DNA of 64,000 nucleotides from Candidatus Hodarchaeota archaeon (GTDB lineage Archaea; Asgardarchaeota; Heimdallarchaeia; Hodarchaeales; Hodarchaeaceae): NCBI GenBank assembly GCA_016839815.1, contig JAEOTM010000076.1, positions 1 to 64,000 of the forward strand, read 5' to 3'. Shown piece by piece: positions 57,565 to 64,000 of this stretch (position 1 is its first letter; each line of letters starts with the position of its first letter). The notes under the pieces were generated by a model. It saw only the letters and a program-made list of their open reading frames with translations, ran no database searches and was not told where the DNA came from. The position numbers and the translations under genes were made by a program.

Positions 57565-58383
57565 ATGCACAAATTCCCACGTTCAACCTCCAGATATTCA
57601 AGTTATCCTCTAGGTCTTCTTCGATCCTTAGTCGTGATTTCTGATTGGGTTTCTTTTACAGATACCTCTGGAGAAATGGAAACGCAATGGACTTACAAGA
57701 ACCAATCTATCAATTCAATCAAAAATGCCAGTGTGATCTTTATCCCAGTTGATTTCTCTCGTGTAATCCAAGGAAATACTTCGTATATACTGTTATATGG
57801 AGCTGGTATATATTGGACCAATTTTTCCATAACAAGTCCCCATTCTTTTACAACCGATCATCGATACTTGACTGGCCTTTTACTACCAGAGAATAAATGG
57901 CTTGATAATCATTTTAATACTGAACCTTTTATTTTCCCTCCTGGAAATGACTTTATCGCCAGTGATCATCTCTTAGAATTTCCCTTCACCTCTTTAGGAG
58001 AACAAACTGATATCGCTGGTCAAAGAAAACGTGCATTTGGCCGAGGGATTATCCTTGCCCAGTTGGTTTTTCCTTTTAAAGAACCCCTTCTACTGTTACG
58101 AAAAGCAACAGAAGGATATAATGAGTTTGATTCCCCGGATTCACCTATGCGGGTACTGATTTCCGAATTCGATAATGGACAGCGAAAAAATCAAATCACT
58201 CTTGAAAAAATGATTCCCTCTTATGAAATAACCATTCCAGGAGTTAATTCAATTAATGCTGATCTTCTAGATTTCTTCCCAAACAAATGGAGTAATGAAA
58301 TTTACCTACATGGTTTACGTAAAGAAGTTGCGAAAATTGCTAAGGATTTCGCATTTATTGGTGCTCCTCTTATCTTAAAATAA
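57565..58383 (+). CDS. Hypothetical protein (possibly 5' part of a decayed surface-protein gene)
   Basis: 272-aa ORF with N-x-S/T sequons and a weak N-terminal signal. Confidence 0.5.
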   Translation: MHKFPRSTSRYSSYPLGLLRSLVVISDWVSFTDTSGEMETQWTYKNQSINSIKNASVIFIPVDFSRVIQGNTSYILLYGAGIYWTNFSITSPHSFTTDHRYLTGLLLPENKWLDNHFNTEPFIFPPGNDFIASDHLLEFPFTSLGEQTDIAGQRKRAFGRGIILAQLVFPFKEPLLLLRKATEGYNEFDSPDSPMRVLISEFDNGQRKNQITLEKMIPSYEITIPGVNSINADLLDFFPNKWSNEIYLHGLRKEVAKIAKDFAFIGAPLILK

Positions 58384-58526
58384 TTCTCAGAAAATATCTG
58401 ATTCTAATCAAAAGAAGCACAAATTCAACCTTAAAACTCAATTTCCTATTGCAGAATATTTATATTTGACAATTCCATTTGTGAACCTATTTTATAGAAT
58501 TAAATACAATACATGGTTTAAATCTA

Positions 58527-58808
58527 TTGGAACTCCCCTCTGAATGGAATTCATCTGGGAAAATTATGATTGGGAAGGGACATCTTCCAAATCCTAATTC
58601 AGAAGGAGGCAAAGATTATGATGCGTTTAGTAATACCCTTGGGGGTAATAGTTTAACTCAATTTGATAAGTTTTCTCTTGAATATTCTACAGATTCAGAT
58701 CCTCCTTTCATCACACCCTCTGTAAGTTTTAGTTATTTCTTACTATCCCTGGTCATCATTAGTTGGTTTTCCAAATCTCATAGAAAAAATAAAGACTATA
58801 AGAGATAA
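58527..58808 (+). pseudogene. Probable C-terminal fragment carrying a CTERM-like anchor
   Basis: No signal peptide but ends TPSVSFSYFLLSLVIISWF + basic tail; TTG start; follows 57565..58383 after a stop-containing gap. Confidence 0.4.
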
Positions 58809-58874
58809 AAACTTTTAAGAGTAATTGGTCGCTAGACATTCATCAATTTTAATCGCAGTTAGGCCGTTTGAGAT

Positions 58875-59210
58875 ATGTCACTCCTCTGGACTGAAGATCA
58901 AACAGATTTATTAAATTACTCTTTAAGAAATTTCTTAATGGCTTTACATAGTATTGATAGATTCAAGTCAAAATATTATTACTTGGCTACACCTTTCAGT
59001 AGGGGCTACAGATTTTTTGATGTAGAAAATAGCTCACTGCAAGAAACAATAATTTATGCTTTAGAAATTCTTAATGAACAAGAAATTGATCGAATTAATG
59101 TAGAAAACGATGGTGGGTTCCCTATACTGACAATTTTCTTAGAATCTGGTCCTACAATCATAATAGAGGATTATGTATCGGGCAAACCTCTAGCAAATGT
59201 AAAACTATAG
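58875..59210 (+). CDS. Hypothetical protein
   Basis: 111-aa ATG-initiated ORF; no motif recognised. Confidence 0.6.
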   Translation: MSLLWTEDQTDLLNYSLRNFLMALHSIDRFKSKYYYLATPFSRGYRFFDVENSSLQETIIYALEILNEQEIDRINVENDGGFPILTIFLESGPTIIIEDYVSGKPLANVKL

Positions 59211-59245
59211 CTTCGAGGGAATGTTTCTACAAATCAAGCATAATA

Positions 59246-59755
59246 TTACGATTCCGAATTTTTTAAACTTAACCGTAGTAGATCTGTGCTTGCAGAGCGA
59301 ACTTGGTCGAATTTAGAAAAACCCATGGATAAATAGAAGTTCATCGCAGCATCATTATTCTGTTGTACACCCAATTCAATGGATTTGATGCCATTTTGTC
59401 TGCACTCATTAATTAGGAATGTCATTATCTGATAACCAATATTCTGCCGTTGCCATGCTTTCTTTAATACAATAGATGTAATCCATAATGTATCTACTTC
59501 TTTATTCATCCAGAGAAAACCGATTTTTTGATCGGAAATCTGAATGAGCTGAATAAGATGAGAATCAAGGCTAAATGCTTCAGTAATATCGTTATACCAA
59601 CTTTCCCACCTGAACCTACCTTTCCATGCTTCATTAACAATTTTATCCATTTCGGTGCGCAATAGGCCCTTGATAAATTCCATATCATTCAAAGTAGCCT
59701 TTTTTAACAAAATTGGAGGATCCTCTGAAATATATACTTCTTCAGTAGACAGCAT
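59246..59755 (-). CDS. GNAT-family N-acetyltransferase
   Basis: WQRQNIG motif A, L.V...N..A..FY..MGF. ATG 59755 chosen over ORF-track 59911. Confidence 0.85.
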   Translation of the reverse strand: MLSTEEVYISEDPPILLKKATLNDMEFIKGLLRTEMDKIVNEAWKGRFRWESWYNDITEAFSLDSHLIQLIQISDQKIGFLWMNKEVDTLWITSIVLKKAWQRQNIGYQIMTFLINECRQNGIKSIELGVQQNNDAAMNFYLSMGFSKFDQVRSASTDLLRLSLKNSES

Positions 59756-59911
59756 CTTGATAAGTCTCATTACTAAAGAGAAAGCATTTGTTATCAATAA
59801 AAAAAATTGATTGCATTTAAAAATTATCGGCTTTTCCACGATTTCATTAATGATTTCAGGTACATAGTTGTAGAATGAGTTCTTGTTTAAAGGGAAGTGT
59901 TTAGTCATCAA

Positions 59912-60940
59912 ATGAAGGTTAATTTCATTCTCGATATGGAGAAAGGTCTAGTAGGAAGTGGAGTTTATAACTCTGCGGTCCGCCTAGCTAAACAATTAGA
60001 AACTTTTGGGATAAAGACTGATATTAATGGAAAAAATCCTCCTTATGATATTTATCACTTTCAAACTGCTCTTCCCCAATCATTATTACGGGCTAGAATC
60101 TTAAACCGACGTACACACCGAAAATATAAAATAATCATGACTGGCCATACGACTATTGAAGATTTCCGCAATAGCTTTCTTTTTTCAAATAAAATTGATT
60201 ATGCTTTGACCCCCTACTTAACGAAATACTATTCATATGCTGATTTCTTGGTTGCAGTTAGCGATTACAATAAAACGATTTTATTAAGATATGGTTTTCA
60301 TCCTTCGATTATCCAAGTAATTTCTAACGGAATAGACCTTTCAACTAATCGAAAAAACGCTGTAATCCGCAAAAATGCTAGAAAGCGCCTTGGTTTAAAT
60401 GAAAAAACATTTCTCATAATTTCTGTAGGATTATGTATTTATCGGAAGGCCCCTGATGTTTTTACAGAAACGGCATTGAAGACTCCTGACCACAAATTTA
60501 TGTGGATTGGTAAGTACCTTCCTCTGGGTACGATTGCTCATTCTCCTTATCTTCGGAAATATTTCAGGAAAGCAAAAAAATCTTCAAACATGCAATTTAC
60601 AGGTTATATTTCAAAAGCAACACTAGAAGCACTATGGAATGCAGCTGATATTTTTCTTTATGTCAGTCGGGAGGAAAATCAGGGTATTGCTCTACTTGAA
60701 AGTATTGCATATGGAAATATCCCAATAGTCAGAGATCATCCTGTATTTGATTGGCTTACACATGGAAAAAACTGTTTAAAAGGGAAAAATCCGGTTGATT
60801 TTTCAGACCACATTGTCAAGCTTTCCTCAAATAAATCTCTTCAATCTAAATTAGTGAAACAAAGCAATAAAACATTATTGAAGCATGATATTAATAAATC
60901 AATTCAAGAACTCGCTGATTTATACACTGAACTTGTATAG
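59912..60940 (+). CDS. GT4 glycosyltransferase (CpoA/diglycosyl-lipid synthase-like)
   Basis: SGV..., GHTT.EDFRNSFLFSN, ISNGID, RKAPD.F, S.EENQGI.LLE. Confidence 0.85.
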   Translation: MKVNFILDMEKGLVGSGVYNSAVRLAKQLETFGIKTDINGKNPPYDIYHFQTALPQSLLRARILNRRTHRKYKIIMTGHTTIEDFRNSFLFSNKIDYALTPYLTKYYSYADFLVAVSDYNKTILLRYGFHPSIIQVISNGIDLSTNRKNAVIRKNARKRLGLNEKTFLIISVGLCIYRKAPDVFTETALKTPDHKFMWIGKYLPLGTIAHSPYLRKYFRKAKKSSNMQFTGYISKATLEALWNAADIFLYVSREENQGIALLESIAYGNIPIVRDHPVFDWLTHGKNCLKGKNPVDFSDHIVKLSSNKSLQSKLVKQSNKTLLKHDINKSIQELADLYTELV

Positions 60941-61015
60941 CTTGCACGAAGGCCTTTTAAGATTAAGAGAAAAAGAAAATAGAGTGTTGGTAAATTTCAT
61001 CACTCATTTTTGGAT

Positions 61016-63907
61016 TTAGGATTTATTTATCCTAAACATAAGTCCAGCTCCAATTACACTCAGAGCGATAAAGATACCAAATCCAGCAATGCCAACAAAA
61101 ATATCAAAAAAGTCTAGTTCGTCACCTGTAGGATCGTCACGCTCTAATACTGTGAATTCGATTGACCCGAGAGGTTCAGTTCTACCCGACACAAAAATTT
61201 CGATATTGTAATTCTTTGCCTCCATGGAACTATCGACAACGATGTCTATAAAGTATACTCCCTGTTGTTCATAAACAATAAGATTTGCATCTAGATTTCC
61301 ACCTATTAAAGATGAGATTAAATCTAAGCCTCCAATTCGTTTCTCAGTATCGGAAAGTTCCACCGTGAAATTGACGGTGACTTGTTCACCTTGAGTAACT
61401 GTAGGGGTTGATGAAGGAGGAATTATTTCAAGAGTTCCTTGAATAGATATCGATAATTGTGTTATTGCAACTTCAGCAAAACTTGTTGCATTCTGTGAGT
61501 AAGGAGTATTCCATCGAATACGAAAAGTGTATGTTCCAATTTCCAGATTTGGATCAATAAAATCAAACCATAAGATCGTATTTCCAACATGATGAGAATG
61601 GAATTCTTGGGCAATCTCAACATTTAGGGGGGTAGTTCCTGTTTCATCAAGAAAGAGTACTAAATCGAGGTCGGTAATTGGAATATCAAGGACCGAACTA
61701 ATATTTCTTGCTGGGAAATTCGTTTCTAAGGTATTATTTATATTTAGAAACTCTAAAGTGACATTTCCACCAATGTAATCAGTTAAGTAAAAATCAGTCG
61801 TAGGAAGGTGTTCTTCCGTTACATTGATCAGAAACTCGACTCTTGGTAAGTCGATTGGTATAACAAGAGACAAAACTGGTTCTCCGACTCCGTTTGGTTT
61901 AACATTTGACGATACGAGGTTTAACGAAATATTTCCTGTTATATTTCCAAAAATTCCTCGGTTAGGGACCTGAAAATTAATTGCAAACGTTTGTGTGTTA
62001 TTTAAAGGATGTGTAAAATTACCATCAACAACGTATTCACCATCAATATTATGAGGGATAAATCCAAAAACATCCCAGGTAATTACTTCCTTTGATTTCC
62101 ACTCACTTTCCCATTGATATTTCGTAAAGGCTTGACCGATTTCTAGATATTCAAGGTCATACCATTCAGTGGGTGTAGAATTTGCTTCTAAATATCCCAA
62201 AATTGTTACGTTATCACCAGGAGATATCGAACTAATTTCAGTCTCCTGTGAAAAGTACTCAGTAAAAACTGATTCATTTGCCACAGTTTTATTTGTTGAA
62301 CCTCGTAAGAGGTAGTAATCCTGAATTTTGAAATTCATAGGTTCTTCAACAACAAATGAGATATTTATTGTTTGAGTTTGAATTTCTGTGGGAGGTTCAC
62401 CCGTGTCAATTTGGTGGATTTTAAATAGAAAGATCCAAGAACCCATATAAATTTGATGACTAGGTAATTGTACCTTCATTTCAGCACGAACGTCTGATGC
62501 AACGGTTACATTTTCGGGAGAATCAACATCAATCTCAAAAGTACTTGATAAATCTTCTCTAAAACCTTGATGGAACCACGTTGAATTGATGTAATTACTA
62601 TAATGATTTTTCACGTTTGAAATTGGCCCTGTAAATGATTCAGTTTCTGTGACAATATTTACTGCAATATTATCTATCAGCCAATATCCAGTTTTATTAT
62701 TGGCAAAGGAATTAGTATCTAACAATATAAAACGCATGGTTTTCGTATTTGAAGGCATTGATGATTCGGTATTAAAATAAAACTCTGCTTCTTCCCACGT
62801 GTGTGTATCGAGTTCAAGAGTCTCGTTCTTCCATATATCGTTGGTACCATAGGAAAAAACTAATTTGGGTGGAGTTTCTGATAGGATGAAAGAATCTATA
62901 AATCCTGTATAATATTCATCACCTTGACTACCCGTATCTCTTCCAACAAAAATTGCCTTAACTGATGTGGTATTCTCTGGTAGTGTGTACTGTAAAATTC
63001 CATGAGTATACCCCTTTTCATCAGGTTCATGATTTCGCGAGTCATCAGAGCCAGAGGAAATCCAATCAATCATATCTCCAGTTGAATTTAGGGCTTCTAA
63101 GCGAAGATACCAATAATTTGCATCAGTATTACCAGTTGCTCGCGCCGATAAAGTAACCGTTCGACCTGCAGTAAAACCTAGTACCGTTTGATTGAGGATG
63201 AAGCCTTCGGTTGCATTGATACTGGCATGATAGTCACCCTGACTAGCATTTTTCGGACTGTTAATTACAGTAAGATTACTTCCAGTCCATCCAGTTGTGT
63301 CTCCAGTTTCAAAACTTGGATTTACTAACATATTTTCTCCTTGAGAATAATAATCAAAGGTTACACGATATTTTGTATTTGTTGCTAAAGCGGAATTATT
63401 GTTATAAATTTCTATCGCATCGAGATCAGGATCTGCTTCTTCTGTAATATTTAAATAGCCATCAACGGCTGAAATGTAATCGAAACCGTCATTTTCCCAA
63501 TCAGTAGTAATACCTGCATCAAATTCAGGGTCTACAAATACATCTTGATAATAGCTCTTGAAATCAAAGCTTACTTCGCTAATAGGAGATTCTACTCGCC
63601 ATTCGAGCGATCCATTCATTTCATCAGTATCACTTTCAGCTGTTATCGTCACCCAATCCCCTGGAGCATATGTATCGGCGTCTGTGGTTAAAGTTGTGCG
63701 TCCAGAAGTCACTTGAGAACCTATTTTGTAATTAGGGGAATAACCAGAAGATTCTGGATGAATTTTCTCCTGTGGTGATTGAAGTTGATTCACAAGGTCT
63801 TGGTTGAAGGAAAAAGAAGTCTGTTGAGTTTGACCATAGATTCCGACAATAAACAACAAAATTATACTTAATGGAATGATCTTATTTTGGATTTTCATTG
63901 ATTTCAC
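61016..63907 (-). CDS. Large cell-surface glycoprotein with CBM-like and beta-sandwich domains and C-terminal TM
   Basis: Signal peptide; TDADTY.PGD.V.I module; N.L.NPSFETG...GW (CBM4/9-like start); acidic; more than 20 N-x-S/T sequons; C-terminal TM. Confidence 0.75.
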   Translation of the reverse strand: MKSMKIQNKIIPLSIILLFIVGIYGQTQQTSFSFNQDLVNQLQSPQEKIHPESSGYSPNYKIGSQVTSGRTTLTTDADTYAPGDWVTITAESDTDEMNGSLEWRVESPISEVSFDFKSYYQDVFVDPEFDAGITTDWENDGFDYISAVDGYLNITEEADPDLDAIEIYNNNSALATNTKYRVTFDYYSQGENMLVNPSFETGDTTGWTGSNLTVINSPKNASQGDYHASINATEGFILNQTVLGFTAGRTVTLSARATGNTDANYWYLRLEALNSTGDMIDWISSGSDDSRNHEPDEKGYTHGILQYTLPENTTSVKAIFVGRDTGSQGDEYYTGFIDSFILSETPPKLVFSYGTNDIWKNETLELDTHTWEEAEFYFNTESSMPSNTKTMRFILLDTNSFANNKTGYWLIDNIAVNIVTETESFTGPISNVKNHYSNYINSTWFHQGFREDLSSTFEIDVDSPENVTVASDVRAEMKVQLPSHQIYMGSWIFLFKIHQIDTGEPPTEIQTQTINISFVVEEPMNFKIQDYYLLRGSTNKTVANESVFTEYFSQETEISSISPGDNVTILGYLEANSTPTEWYDLEYLEIGQAFTKYQWESEWKSKEVITWDVFGFIPHNIDGEYVVDGNFTHPLNNTQTFAINFQVPNRGIFGNITGNISLNLVSSNVKPNGVGEPVLSLVIPIDLPRVEFLINVTEEHLPTTDFYLTDYIGGNVTLEFLNINNTLETNFPARNISSVLDIPITDLDLVLFLDETGTTPLNVEIAQEFHSHHVGNTILWFDFIDPNLEIGTYTFRIRWNTPYSQNATSFAEVAITQLSISIQGTLEIIPPSSTPTVTQGEQVTVNFTVELSDTEKRIGGLDLISSLIGGNLDANLIVYEQQGVYFIDIVVDSSMEAKNYNIEIFVSGRTEPLGSIEFTVLERDDPTGDELDFFDIFVGIAGFGIFIALSVIGAGLMFRINKS

Positions 63908-64000
63908 AGCAATCGATCTTGTTCAAGATATTTCACAATTCTCTGGGAAGACTGGTCTTCCAAGATCTATCTGGAGGGTTTTAGTAAATGGTTTTTAACT

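Noticed and set aside
465-63156. Many 60-160 aa ORFs antisense to or nested in longer genes (e.g. 815..1234, 24491..24919, 38041..38529, 42057..42485, 48326..48688)
   Set aside because: Shadow ORFs of well-supported genes, with no motifs.
1-64000. tRNA, rRNA, CRISPR arrays, IS elements
   Set aside because: No GC-rich structured RNA-like segment, regularly spaced repeat or transposase/integrase ORF seen by eye. A covariance-model scan would be needed to exclude small ncRNAs.

Overview
AT-rich, gene-dense chromosomal segment with about 70 CDS. I found no rRNA, tRNA, CRISPR array, integrase or transposase. Gene content points to an Asgard archaeon, probably Heimdallarchaeia/Hodarchaeales (inference): an Arf-like small GTPase, a longin-like protein, TrmB and ArsR regulators, and many sequon-rich surface proteins with PGF/CTERM-type C-terminal anchors. 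Recognisable housekeeping genes are an ABC-2 exporter, GH13 amylase, nadA, pgi, a full 2-oxoacid dehydrogenase operon (E1a/E1b/E2/E3) next to lplA, rpiA, an acyl-CoA ligase and two GT4 glycosyltransferases. Three observations stand out. (1) An orphan Hcp/TssD (type VI secretion tube) homologue carries an N-terminal signal peptide and is paired with a C-terminally anchored surface protein; no other T6SS gene is in the window. (2) A co-directional cluster encodes an Arf-like GTPase-wHTH fusion, an ICMT-family methyltransferase, a prenyltransferase-beta-like protein and a C13 (legumain/GPI8-like) peptidase, resembling the enzyme set of eukaryotic protein lipidation. (3) A membrane-anchored subtilase has Site-1-protease-like architecture. 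I also found several nonsense-mutated genes or gene remnants that the ORF track misses. All family calls come from motif recognition by eye, not database searches.
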